From IMG/VR virus record IMGVR_UViG_3300028025_003938, positions 1 through 52,238 of that record: 52,238 nucleotides of DNA. One strand, given 5' to 3'. This DNA is from a virus (Duplodnaviria; Caudoviricetes). Below are positions 23,401 to 32,427 of the stretch, piece after piece. Position 1 is the first letter of the stretch; each line of letters starts with the position of its first letter. The notes below the pieces were generated by a model. That model was not told where the DNA came from. It did not search any database and worked only from the letters and a program-made list of their open reading frames with translations. The position numbers and the translations under genes are program-made.

Positions 23401-24946
23401 GATTGGTACGACGAGCAGTAGTTCAAATAATCGTGGTGGCGGTGGCGGTTCATCTAAAGCCGATAAACAAAACGACTTTGCTTGGGTTGACAATTGGGTT
23501 ACTGATATCGCAGACTATGCAAACAATTTGATATCAACCGACTTCCGTGACACTCTCTTATCGGGTTCAGCGAAAGATATTGGCAAAGCATTAGAAGCAA
23601 CACTTGATGAGGCTGTACGTCTAGGTCTTGACAAGTTGCCTCAATTCGCCGGATTCGTAGACAAAATTAAAGAGCAATTCAATCGTCTTGGTGATATCGC
23701 TAATCTAAGAGATTCGCTGACTACTCAACTTGACGACGCTACGAAGTCTTTAGACAAACTGAAGTCGGCGTTAGACGATACTGCCCAAGCCGCAGGCAAG
23801 TTCGATTCTACGATTACCGGAAGTAAAGCGCCGTCAAACACACTTCTAGATCAGGCGTTAGCAGCACAGTCAAAATACGACGAACTGTTTTCAAAGAGTG
23901 AATCGCTTAAGCAGCAACAAAGCGATCTTGCGAAGAGCGTTTCTTCGTCGGTTCTTCAACCGATTACCGCACGCAACCCTCTTGGTAATACACGCAAACT
24001 ATTACAGCAAGCGACAACGTTCCGTGACAATCTTTCAGCGTTACGAGATAAAGGTTTTGGTCCGGACATTATTGGGCAAGTCGCTCAAGCAGGAATCCTT
24101 GAAGGCAACAAGATCGCCAAAAGTCTTCTTAACTTGTCGTCCGGTGATATCGCCGAACTAACACAAATGCGAGCAGACATTTCTGCTATTGGCACGCAAG
24201 CAGGCGAGATCGCTGGCAGCGTCGTCTTCGGTGCTGATATTGCTAACGCAAATAGTGAACTTGATACACAACGTTCACTTGTACGTTCTCTATTCACCGA
24301 CGCTGTCGCTCAAGCACAAACACAATTTGATCAGCAGAAAACTCTCGTTGACGGCCTTGAAGCAAGTCTCGCCACAACGAACACTCAGATGGCTGATCTT
24401 GTGTACGCAATTCAAGTTGATCTATACAACACGATGTTCGGATTCTTGGCTGGATTCAACGGCGGTATCGACAAACTCAAAGGCGCACCGACTAACGCAA
24501 ACACGCCGACAGTATCTATGCCAACAGCACCAGCAGTGTCTGCACCGGCAATGCCCGATCTACCTATTGGTATCGACTTCGGTGCTATCGGTAGAGAGAT
24601 GAACAAGAAGATCGCAACGTTCAAGCCGGGTCAGAAGACAGACTTCAACGACGGTCCGTTGCCGAACGGCGGTGCAATCGTAAACGGCTACTACTTGCCA
24701 CCGGGTCTTGACTTCAGTGGATTCCATGCTGACGGTGGTGTGACTACTCGTGCGTCACTCGGTGTCATTGGAGAGAACGGGCCTGAAGCGATCATTCCTC
24801 TGTCACGTATGGGCGACTTCGGTGGTGGCGACACGTACATCACTGTGAATGTTTCAGGCACTGTTACGAGTGAACGTGATCTCGTTGAGCAGATTCGTCA
24901 AGGTCTTATTCGTTCACAAAAGAGTGGCAAAGCGTTGATCATATGA
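20447..24946 (+). CDS. Tape measure protein (TP901-type core)
   Basis: 1499 aa, Ala-rich; TP901-like repeats; C-terminal ADGGV..GENGPEAIIPL. Confidence 0.95.
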   Translation: MAQATVGTVNVVLGLDSKPLVAGVKAAQKTVETLGEQFDKIGQDASAGAAKAEKAVQKVAQETKSSLSKVEAAYQQASYGVDEFSLAYHEMARKVANDTKKINSATDSAARVGNKFTDMGSKMTSVGTKMSMALTAPMLLAGGQAIKTANDFEFSMQSIVAMVGLSEDKVADMGIAAREMAKQYGGSAVQAADALYFVASAGIDGATAMQVLEQSLKASAIGMGDTAIIADTVSSALNAYGIENLSAAQATDLMVAAVREGKMEADALAGALPRVLPIASAMGVSFEEVGASFAAMSRNGTDASEAATQIRGILSSLLNPAKQAEEQLNALGLSGAGLRKEIREKGLLSALSTLTTAFGDNEEAQGIVFGNVRALTGVMSLFGAATESTTKIFANLTDNTGDADKAFQAMSSTGAFKMKQVMAEMKDAFISLGQVLVPIVVPALKMLATAFEKIMTAINALPNFMKTIIVVLAGLVAAGGPLLIMLGSLAKAWAALKAAMATQAFTSAIAQFAAAGPIIAGVAIAVVAIAAAWYAFSQDAKEAKERQERLTEAFKSAGEPTAVLHDQVKGLVEEYVKLQNALPATANAADTVATAFATAESVTLGINDEISTLGLTMEQIGAAVSTGTNAFDDLGDVLLGLSYDQLVQTGDAAISVQDALLTAANAGTPFASAMLEAVKAGEMTGVQVKDLLFDLHDLSNAFDDNREAIDDENKKLLQSADTALYFSSILGTEMYNAILGSGAAMADAAGRTDIYTFTLQELQNKAVSVTAAQNAFLGGLAGVFPQVVTTAGVKVKELAAIYGELAKESDKGTVSQDAFLLKIGLLDEMLANELVVSTQDAIDKNIKLAETLGDSEGTTLDLSSAYRNQAKEITTLLLKTAQYGGSNKDAMQSVALMVLRLGDAARAAGYTDEEVRGLIDSMGILDGIEAEFGVNFAINTADLDKQIANIESAIGNMLWAAGAATGDTTMKLSKTLADLKGIRSAIGTTSSSSNNRGGGGGSSKADKQNDFAWVDNWVTDIADYANNLISTDFRDTLLSGSAKDIGKALEATLDEAVRLGLDKLPQFAGFVDKIKEQFNRLGDIANLRDSLTTQLDDATKSLDKLKSALDDTAQAAGKFDSTITGSKAPSNTLLDQALAAQSKYDELFSKSESLKQQQSDLAKSVSSSVLQPITARNPLGNTRKLLQQATTFRDNLSALRDKGFGPDIIGQVAQAGILEGNKIAKSLLNLSSGDIAELTQMRADISAIGTQAGEIAGSVVFGADIANANSELDTQRSLVRSLFTDAVAQAQTQFDQQKTLVDGLEASLATTNTQMADLVYAIQVDLYNTMFGFLAGFNGGIDKLKGAPTNANTPTVSMPTAPAVSAPAMPDLPIGIDFGAIGREMNKKIATFKPGQKTDFNDGPLPNGGAIVNGYYLPPGLDFSGFHADGGVTTRASLGVIGENGPEAIIPLSRMGDFGGGDTYITVNVSGTVTSERDLVEQIRQGLIRSQKSGKALII

Positions 24947-26913
24947 GCGGGATTCTTGAAGCAACACCATACGTGAAGATATCGAACAACAACGGGTTCT
25001 CGTTCGGTGACTTCATGGTGCTTGATACAGGCATCATCGGTGAAGCAGTTGTCGGTTCAGAAGATTCAATCAGTCAGACGTTCTCTAATCCTCAAGCAAT
25101 TGATATTCGTCGTGGTCGTGAGCGTGCTCTTGATGTTTACAACACGGGCAGTGCGTCTGTAACAGTTCAAGATTCTTCTGTTTGGAATCCGCTTGCTGTC
25201 ACGTCGTTGTGGGCAGGCAAGATCGTACCGGGTATTCAGATGAAAGTATGGGCAGAGTTTCCATCAACGATACTGTCTTGTACAGGTAGTGGTGGAATAT
25301 CAACGCCGTACACCGCTACACGCTTTGTGCCTATAGAGGTTGCAGGTAATCTTGATATTCGTCTTGCTTTCGTTGTCACTGATGGTCTTGATGGGCAACA
25401 AAGAAGTCTTGCTCGTGTTGCTGACACAGTGTCGACTTTCGGGTGGACTGCTTGGATAAATTATGGAACACTCAATCTTGACTTATCTATTGACGGCAGT
25501 GTTGTGTATACGTTCACGAGTACACAGTTGCCACAAGTCGAAGTTGGTACTTCTGTTGCGTTGCGCTTTTGTCTTGACGGGCAGACAGGTCGTGTGTCTT
25601 TCTATTATTGGCTCACTGCACCTGTTGTTGCTTTTGATGATGTTACAAGCGACGTGAGTTGGATTCTTCTAAGCACTGATGAGGATTCAGCGTTCTTCAC
25701 AGCGTTCGCCGCTAACACTTATAGGTTGTATCAGTCAATCAGCGATCTCAAGATTGCGTCAGCGTTGACGTACGGGAACTTCAAGTTCAATCTGCTTGCG
25801 TTCTGCTTGCGTACAACTACAGGTGCAGGTGTTGCGACTACGTTGTCTTCGTTCGATATGTGCGATGGACTTAAGTCACCGGGTATGAGTTCATTCTTTG
25901 ACAAGCAAAGTCTCTTGTGGACAGTTAGCGGTTCAACAGTTGCATCAGTGAACTATGTGTATCCGTTGTTCGCAGGGTACATATCTTCATTCAACTATGA
26001 CTGGACTAAAGGTGTCGTCGGTCAGAACACTGTCACGTTCAATGCTGAAGATGCGTTCAGACCGTTGAACATGGTTGAGATTGAAACAGTTACAGGCACA
26101 GCGACGAACGATCTTCCGGGTGCCCGAATCAATCAAATACTTAACACGATCACCTATCCAACTTCGGGTCTCTCTATCAGCACAGGTTCAACACCACTTC
26201 AAGACGACGCAAACGAAGTACGTACAGTATTGCCGTTGTTGCAGGCCGTTGCTGAAGCAGACTTAGGTTCTTTCTACGCTGACGCTACAGGCTTTGTTCG
26301 CTTTGACAGTAGAGACGTGAACGCTCGCAGACACCAATCAACACCGATTGCCTTTGACGATGTTGTGGGTAACGGTTACGCATACCAAGCGTTTAGCGTT
26401 TCGTATGACGACGATCTCATATCTAACGAGGTCAGTATTGACAACGGTGGCGACGTACAACAAGCGTCTGATCAGACAAGCATCACAAAGTATTTCCGTC
26501 GTTCTATGAGCAAGACAGGTTTACTGATGGAGAACGATGCTGACGCTCTGAGCATGGCACAAACAATTCTTGCATCACGAAAAGACCCAACTGTTAGAGT
26601 CACGAATATCGGTCTTGATATAACAAAACGGCAAGCCACTGATACGGTAAAATACTTTAGGCAAGTTCCGTCTGTGTTGAGCACAGAGTTTGGTCGCCCA
26701 CTCGCCTTGCAAAAGAATTGGTATCAGACAGACCCTGCCGGAATCGGCTTTGATGTTACGACTTTCAGTTCATCTCTTGTCGTTGAAGGTATTTCTCATA
26801 CGATTCGACCTGATCGTTGGATCATTGAGTTATCTACTAGCGAACCGATTGTTACGCAGTTCATTCTTGACGACAGCGAATACGGCGCATTTGGTGATGC
26901 GCTTTCTTACTAA
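24943..26913 (+). CDS. Minor tail/baseplate hub protein with an inserted domain
   Basis: Follows the tape measure; IRRGRER..GSASVTV; YPLFAGYI; GARINQIL; VEGISHTIRPDRW. Confidence 0.8.
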   Translation: MSGILEATPYVKISNNNGFSFGDFMVLDTGIIGEAVVGSEDSISQTFSNPQAIDIRRGRERALDVYNTGSASVTVQDSSVWNPLAVTSLWAGKIVPGIQMKVWAEFPSTILSCTGSGGISTPYTATRFVPIEVAGNLDIRLAFVVTDGLDGQQRSLARVADTVSTFGWTAWINYGTLNLDLSIDGSVVYTFTSTQLPQVEVGTSVALRFCLDGQTGRVSFYYWLTAPVVAFDDVTSDVSWILLSTDEDSAFFTAFAANTYRLYQSISDLKIASALTYGNFKFNLLAFCLRTTTGAGVATTLSSFDMCDGLKSPGMSSFFDKQSLLWTVSGSTVASVNYVYPLFAGYISSFNYDWTKGVVGQNTVTFNAEDAFRPLNMVEIETVTGTATNDLPGARINQILNTITYPTSGLSISTGSTPLQDDANEVRTVLPLLQAVAEADLGSFYADATGFVRFDSRDVNARRHQSTPIAFDDVVGNGYAYQAFSVSYDDDLISNEVSIDNGGDVQQASDQTSITKYFRRSMSKTGLLMENDADALSMAQTILASRKDPTVRVTNIGLDITKRQATDTVKYFRQVPSVLSTEFGRPLALQKNWYQTDPAGIGFDVTTFSSSLVVEGISHTIRPDRWIIELSTSEPIVTQFILDDSEYGAFGDALSY

Positions 26914-26922
26914 GGAGATCAT

Positions 26923-27384
26923 ATGGCTATTGCACCGAACACAACGTTCTTCACGGGTTACACGCTCACAGCGACACAACTCAACGCCTTCCCTCGTGGG
27001 ATAGTTGCGTTTACCTCGTCAACTACAACTGACTCAACTATCACAAGCGAAGAGGTACAGATCACGGGTGGTTCGTTCACTGCTGTTGCTAATCGTTACT
27101 ACAAGATCACGTATTACGAACCGTCTATGCTTCACAACTCAGGCAGTACCGTTACTGTTACGGGTCGAATAAGACTTACAAATATTAGTGGGGCGGTTCA
27201 GCAGACAACAAGTTCTTGGACTTATTCAACATCTGATGATATGTCTTGCGTTGCTGTCACAACTCTGTCTGCTGGTACGACGAACTTTGTTGCAACGTTG
27301 CAAAGTGCTAGCGGTACAGTTACCGCGACTCGTAGTGCTACGCAGTATGCGTTCCTGTTAGTAGAAGACTTGGGGCCAGCCTGA
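26923..27384 (+). CDS. Minor tail/receptor-binding paralogue 1
   Basis: NTTF..NAFPRG..RYYKITYYEP..VEDLG. Confidence 0.75.
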   Translation: MAIAPNTTFFTGYTLTATQLNAFPRGIVAFTSSTTTDSTITSEEVQITGGSFTAVANRYYKITYYEPSMLHNSGSTVTVTGRIRLTNISGAVQQTTSSWTYSTSDDMSCVAVTTLSAGTTNFVATLQSASGTVTATRSATQYAFLLVEDLGPA

Positions 27385-27845
27385 TGCCTAGTGTTGCTGG
27401 CAATACTCGGTTCAGTCCGGGTGATTCTTTCACGACGACGAAGGCTAATGCTTTCCCTCGCGGCTGTTTCTCGTACACGTTGAACGATGCGTCGATTAAC
27501 TTGACAACAAGTGCGGTACTCATGTCGTCAGTTACATGGACAGCAGAGTCGACACGTGTTTACAAGATCACGTACTACGAACCGCAGATTCTTTTACCGT
27601 CAAGCGGTAACGTTGACATGACGATACGTGTTACTAATGCGGCTGGTGCTCAAGTTGCTTTAACTCGTGCCGCAGGCGGTATCACGACGACTGATCTGTT
27701 CTGTTCAGTAATCTTGACGGGTCTTTCAGGCACAACTGTGTATGCAGGTTGCTTGCTGGCATCATCAATATCAGGTACACCATCAGCGACTCGTGGTGCT
27801 ACACAGAAGTCAGTGATGCTCGTTGAAGATATCGGCGGTACGTGA
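27384..27845 (+). CDS. Minor tail/receptor-binding paralogue 2
   Basis: NTRF..NAFPRG..RVYKITYYEP..VEDIG. Confidence 0.75.
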   Translation: MPSVAGNTRFSPGDSFTTTKANAFPRGCFSYTLNDASINLTTSAVLMSSVTWTAESTRVYKITYYEPQILLPSSGNVDMTIRVTNAAGAQVALTRAAGGITTTDLFCSVILTGLSGTTVYAGCLLASSISGTPSATRGATQKSVMLVEDIGGT

Positions 27846-28333
27846 TGGCAGGTCCCGTTACTACAGCAATCGCAGGCAATACTTCATTCTCTTCATTGAG
27901 TGTGTTTCGTTCTATTCATGCGAACGAGTTTCCTCGTGGCACTCTTGTCTATTCAACAAAGACAACTTCAACTGCGCTCGCTACGTCACCGGGGACTACA
28001 GAGTTCACCGTAACTTGGACAGCAGAGTCGAGCCGTGTGTATCTGCTGACGTACTTTGAGCCTGACGTGTTACACACGACGCAATCAGGACCTGTGAACA
28101 CTGACCAAACAATTCGAGTCACCAACGCATCTGGTGCTCAAGTTGCTTTGACGAGACACGCATCAATCGGTACTAGAAGTCGTATGCTTTGCATGGCGAT
28201 TCTTACGGGTCTCACTGGTTCTGTCACGTATGCGGGTTGCTTACTTACTGCAAGCACAACAGGTGCGCCTACTGCAAATCGTGATGCAACTACACCTGCG
28301 TATATGACAGTTGAAGATATTGGTGGTTTCTGA
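27842..28333 (+). CDS. Minor tail/receptor-binding paralogue 3
   Basis: NTSF..NEFPRG..RVYLLTYFEP..VEDIG. Confidence 0.75.
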   Translation: MMAGPVTTAIAGNTSFSSLSVFRSIHANEFPRGTLVYSTKTTSTALATSPGTTEFTVTWTAESSRVYLLTYFEPDVLHTTQSGPVNTDQTIRVTNASGAQVALTRHASIGTRSRMLCMAILTGLTGSVTYAGCLLTASTTGAPTANRDATTPAYMTVEDIGGF

Positions 28334-29145
28334 TGACAAGTTTTGGTGCGACAACACCTGTGAGTTCTCGTGCGTTGAATACTGCGTTCTTACAAGTTGA
28401 AGCGCAGATTGCGGCGGCTGGTGGCGGTGCGCCGCTGGGTGCGATCTTAATGTGGGCTGGTACGACTGCGAACATTCCTGCTGGATACGCATTGTGTAAC
28501 GGTGCGCCGTTGCCGACGTCAGGAACTTATGAACCTTTGTTTACGTTGATTCAATATCGCTACGGTGGAAGCGGTGCTACTTTTAATCTGCCCGACTTTA
28601 CGAGTCGTGTGCCTGAGGGAATCACAGGTGTGCCGACTGTTCCGGCAACCGATACAACTTCAGCGTCGTCGGCGGTTGATGCTCACGTTCATACGGTAAA
28701 TAGTTCTCTGACTGCTGGTAATGCAGCGTCGCACGTTCACTCAAACAGTTTTAGTGCTGGTTCTGTAAACAGTTCGTTCACTGCTGGTAACGCTAACAAC
28801 CACACTCACGGCGTAGTAGGAAATACTGGCAACGCCTCAGCAAACCATACTCACGTTTACTTCAAGCCGAACTCAGGTGCGAATAACAACACAGGTGGTG
28901 ATGGTGCGGCTCATACTCACGGATTCAACGTAACGTCGGCAGGCTCAAACTCGACTATTAGCGTGAACAGTTCGTTCACCGCAGGCAACACGAATACCTC
29001 GTTCACCTCAGGCGGAGTGAATACGGCTATCGGGGTGAACACTTCTCTCACTGCTGGCAACGCAAGCACGATCAACAGTTCGACACCAGCGCACACGCAT
29101 ACCGTCAACATCACTCAAGTGATCTTCATAATCAAGGTGGTCTAA
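28333..29145 (+). CDS. Tail fibre with tail-collar domain and HxH metal-binding needle
   Basis: PLGAILMWAG..PAGYALCNG..FNLPDF; six HxH motifs; C-terminal FIIKV. Confidence 0.88.
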   Translation: MTSFGATTPVSSRALNTAFLQVEAQIAAAGGGAPLGAILMWAGTTANIPAGYALCNGAPLPTSGTYEPLFTLIQYRYGGSGATFNLPDFTSRVPEGITGVPTVPATDTTSASSAVDAHVHTVNSSLTAGNAASHVHSNSFSAGSVNSSFTAGNANNHTHGVVGNTGNASANHTHVYFKPNSGANNNTGGDGAAHTHGFNVTSAGSNSTISVNSSFTAGNTNTSFTSGGVNTAIGVNTSLTAGNASTINSSTPAHTHTVNITQVIFIIKVV

Positions 29146-29147
29146 CT

Positions 29148-29816
29148 ATGAGCATCGGCAACGCTTTCGGAACTCATGAGGGATACTTGAAAGTTATTGG
29201 CAACAACGACAACAAGGGTTTGTTTTGTTTCGCAAAACTAGACAACCCTAGAAACTTTTTAGACGACGATGCCGTTACCAAGCGTTGTGACTTTGATCAG
29301 CCCTTAGCGCTCAGAGCGTTTCATCGTTGGGAAAACGGCTCGTGCATTTGTGGCTCGTCTGATATGCCGTCATCATTAACCGGTGCACATTGGAAACTTG
29401 AAGAGTTAACTGCTTTATTCGTCGTTGTTGATGCGTCGCCGGCTGGATTAATTTCGTACATTGAGTTCGTAGATGGTGAAGACTTTTATTTAACACAACC
29501 TGCGAATGTGTTTACACGAACTCTTCAAGAGCAATTCCGCTTGCTTATAGAGTGGAAGTACGCACACGAACACCTCGGTAATAATGAAGAGGTGGCTATT
29601 ACGGCAACAGAAATATTAAACGTTTTAGATATTCCGCAGTCAATTCAAGAGTGGATTCTTTCTGATGTTCCTAATGAGCAGGTTAACAGATATCTTGAAG
29701 GACGTACTGACGCACTTCAAAGAACAGAAGACGTGATTCCTGATCTTACTGATGAGTTCAAGGAATGGTTACTTAGCAAGTTTAAGGTAGCAAAAAACTT
29801 TGGCGAACACCGATAG
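29148..29816 (+). CDS. Hypothetical protein (possible fibre chaperone or modifier)
   Basis: 222 aa between fibre and oxygenase; C..H..CxC cluster. Confidence 0.7.
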   Translation: MSIGNAFGTHEGYLKVIGNNDNKGLFCFAKLDNPRNFLDDDAVTKRCDFDQPLALRAFHRWENGSCICGSSDMPSSLTGAHWKLEELTALFVVVDASPAGLISYIEFVDGEDFYLTQPANVFTRTLQEQFRLLIEWKYAHEHLGNNEEVAITATEILNVLDIPQSIQEWILSDVPNEQVNRYLEGRTDALQRTEDVIPDLTDEFKEWLLSKFKVAKNFGEHR

Positions 29817-29828
29817 TGAGGTTGAGTA

Positions 29829-30617
29829 ATGATAAGCGTTGAATATCCCGCTGGTAAGGCAGGCTTAATTCAAGTTGTTGATGGTTTGCTTGATAAAGAA
29901 TCGTGTCAAAACTTTTTGACACGTATGAATCAACTTTGGTCAAAGTCATTTGCTGGACAAACTTTAGGTGGTGTTGATCCTAAAACGAAGTTAAGCGAAG
30001 ACTTGCACTACAGCGAGAGTGTGCTTGAAAACACTTGGAATAATCTTGATAAAGAATTAGACCTGCATATTTGTGAAGCAATAACTTCGGCTATCGCAAT
30101 CTACAAACAGCAGTACCGTCATCTTGACAACTGGGTTGAGGTTTCGGATTGCGGCTTTCAAGTACAGAGATACCCGAAGTCTTTCGGGTATTACAGACCA
30201 CACGTAGATTCATTCCCGTCGCCGTTCTCGACTATCAGTGACAGAGTGCTTGCAATGGTTATCTATCTCAACGATGTTGATTACGGCGGCGAAACAAACT
30301 TTCCGCTACACGAAGTCGCAGTGACCCCGAAAGCAGGGCGTATCGTATTCTTCCCTGCGACGTGGACACACCCTCACGAATCACGAGTACCGATATCCGG
30401 TGACAAGTGGATTATTTCTTCTTTTATCAATAACTTACAGCCGATCAACATTGAGTCACGTCAACCGATAGAGAGTACGCTTTATGAGCACGATGATCAT
30501 ACGCATCATGAGCACGAGTCGCCACCGCTTATTCTTGGTGGACTTCAAGACTTAACCGACGAACACGATCACATTCACGACGAGCCGAAACGAAAGTCTC
30601 GTGCTAAGAAGAACTAG
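29829..30617 (+). CDS. 2OG-Fe(II) oxygenase (prolyl-4-hydroxylase-like)
   Basis: HVD, YLND..GGET.F, HPHES, K.IIS; His/acidic tail. Confidence 0.9.
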   Translation: MISVEYPAGKAGLIQVVDGLLDKESCQNFLTRMNQLWSKSFAGQTLGGVDPKTKLSEDLHYSESVLENTWNNLDKELDLHICEAITSAIAIYKQQYRHLDNWVEVSDCGFQVQRYPKSFGYYRPHVDSFPSPFSTISDRVLAMVIYLNDVDYGGETNFPLHEVAVTPKAGRIVFFPATWTHPHESRVPISGDKWIISSFINNLQPINIESRQPIESTLYEHDDHTHHEHESPPLILGGLQDLTDEHDHIHDEPKRKSRAKKN

Positions 30618-30724
30618 AATTGTCATGGTCTGCTGGTGGCTGGCTGTAATTGTCTGTCTCGTATCGCTCGCCCGGTGTGACAGTTCCAACGAGACTACGG
30701 TTCAGTCCGATAAGGTGGTTCACT

Positions 30725-31138
30725 ATGACCACTAAGACCCCGTTAGTGCGTAAGACGCAAGACGTTTTTGAGCGTGCCGTTTCTACGTATGTACAAGTCT
30801 TCGCCGGATTACTCGTCGCAGCGAATGTTGGCGTAAACGAGATCTCCGACTTGTCTATTGTTAAGACTTGTGCGATATCGGCTTTGCCTGCGTTCTTATC
30901 GGTTTTGAAGAGTCTCGCCGCTATTAATCTTCCGGTCGGCGATAGTTCGGCATCGTTCTTACGAGTTGGCTATCACACTCTCAAGCGCATACAAGTACCT
31001 TACGAGGTTATCAAATATATTGATCGCCCTGAAAAAGTCGCTGCGCCAAAGCGTGTTATTAAGAAACTGTCAACGGCACCAGTTAAACCCGAAAAGAAAC
31101 CAGCAGTAAAAAAACCTGCTATCAAGAAAGCAAAGTGA
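30725..31138 (+). CDS. Holin-like membrane protein with a Lys/Pro/Ala-rich tail
   Basis: ERAVSTYVQVF..SVLKSL (r1t-holin-like); directly upstream of the endolysin. Confidence 0.7.
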   Translation: MTTKTPLVRKTQDVFERAVSTYVQVFAGLLVAANVGVNEISDLSIVKTCAISALPAFLSVLKSLAAINLPVGDSSASFLRVGYHTLKRIQVPYEVIKYIDRPEKVAAPKRVIKKLSTAPVKPEKKPAVKKPAIKKAK

Positions 31139-31139
31139 C

Positions 31140-31892
31140 ATGGCACGCAAATACACCGGCTGGGATAAAGACGCTACCGGAAAGCGGTTAGGTACGGAAA
31201 AACTCGTACAACTTTTGTGCGCTCACTTTAACGGTGCGATCTGTAATAACGGTACTTGGAACGTTCGTCCGTCACGAGGTTCCGGTAAGCCGAGCGTTCA
31301 CGGAACTGGCCGAGCCGCTGATATTTCTTGGCGACGTCAAGCCAGCGGTAAGGGATACGGGAATTACAAAGCCGCTTTAGAAGTGCTTGACTTTCTGGTC
31401 GCTTACGCCGATGTTCTTTTCATTGAAGAATTACACGACTACTTCTTAGCACCTCATGGTCGTGGCTGGAAGTGTGATCGTGCTGCGTGGAAGATCTACG
31501 ACAAGCCGACGATCGGCACGCCCGGTGGGGATTGGTGGCATTTAGAAATTGCCAACGATCACGCCGACGATCCGGCGTACTACGAGCAAGTCTTTGCTGG
31601 AATCAAAGCCGGAACGATTACGCCGTCGTCAAGCGTACCAGCAACGAGCGCACCAGCACCAAAAGTAATTGTCTCACCGCAAATGTCTTTCGCTTATCCC
31701 GGCAAAGCCGTGAAGATCGGTAGTAAGGGCGACGCAGTAAAACTCGTTCAAGCAATGGTTGGCGTAACCGCTGACGGAAACTTTGGTCCGCAAACAGCAA
31801 ACGCTGTTAAGGCTTGGCAGGCATCAAAGAACGTTGCGCCTGCTGACGGAATTGTTGGCAAGCAAACTTGGGCAGTGATGTTTGGTGCATGA
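31140..31892 (+). CDS. Endolysin: M15-like Zn peptidase plus peptidoglycan-binding domain
   Basis: SVHGTGRAAD..WWHLE; GSKGDAVKLVQ..DGNFGPQT..DGIVGKQTW. Confidence 0.88.
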   Translation: MARKYTGWDKDATGKRLGTEKLVQLLCAHFNGAICNNGTWNVRPSRGSGKPSVHGTGRAADISWRRQASGKGYGNYKAALEVLDFLVAYADVLFIEELHDYFLAPHGRGWKCDRAAWKIYDKPTIGTPGGDWWHLEIANDHADDPAYYEQVFAGIKAGTITPSSSVPATSAPAPKVIVSPQMSFAYPGKAVKIGSKGDAVKLVQAMVGVTADGNFGPQTANAVKAWQASKNVAPADGIVGKQTWAVMFGA

Positions 31893-31895
31893 GTT

Positions 31896-32141
31896 ATGTC
31901 GGCGTGGGTTGCTGTCGTTGTTGCTTTAGTCGGTGCCGGTGGTCCGTTAACTTTGTTGATGACTCGTTTTGATCGGCGCAATAGTGAACAGCATCGTCAA
32001 GGAATTGAAGCGCAGCATCGTACGCTTGCTGAAGTAACTGCTACTCGTCAAGACTTGCGTCGTGTTGAAGATCGTTTGTCTTCTGATATAGACCGGGTTG
32101 AACGTCGTCTTGATTCGCATATTGATCTCACGCCACGATGA
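31896..32141 (+). CDS. Lysis-module membrane protein (N-terminal TM plus coiled coil)
   Basis: Hydrophobic N-terminus; position after the endolysin. Confidence 0.75.
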   Translation: MSAWVAVVVALVGAGGPLTLLMTRFDRRNSEQHRQGIEAQHRTLAEVTATRQDLRRVEDRLSSDIDRVERRLDSHIDLTPR

Positions 32142-32314
32142 CGGCTCGCCCAAAAGAATTGATCTGTAAGACTTGCGAAGTTCTTTGGCTTGCGTCGTTT
32201 AGTTCGACCTGCTGGTTGTGTTCGGTTACCGGATCTGAGGTACTTAGACCGATACCTATGACCCCTGAAGAGGACGCCAACCAGCGTTTAATGGATCTTT
32301 GTTTTCTGGCATAA
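32138..32314 (+). CDS. 58 aa zinc-ribbon protein (not in the ORF track)
   Basis: ATGA overlap; CKTCEVLW..CWLC. Confidence 0.55.
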   Translation: MTARPKELICKTCEVLWLASFSSTCWLCSVTGSEVLRPIPMTPEEDANQRLMDLCFLA

Positions 32315-32408
32315 CACGAGATCAGGAGTATATTTTGGAAAATATCTCCCATAAGTGTACAAGTACCCTTTAACCCTGCTACGATAATTCTCGTACGCAA
32401 GAGCGTGC
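32313..32408 (+). promoter_or_regulatory. Promoter cassette copy C (drives island C and the recombination genes)
   Basis: AACACGAGATCAG..ATATTTTGGAAAA..TGTACA-N18-TACGAT..GTACGC-AAGA-GCGTGC. Confidence 0.88.
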
Positions 32409-32427
32409 ACTTAACAGGAGAATCAAA

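Noticed and set aside
26923-29145. Diversity-generating retroelement or invertible tail-fibre switch
   Set aside because: No reverse transcriptase or invertase, no adenine-specific TR/VR pair, and the paralogues differ at all base types
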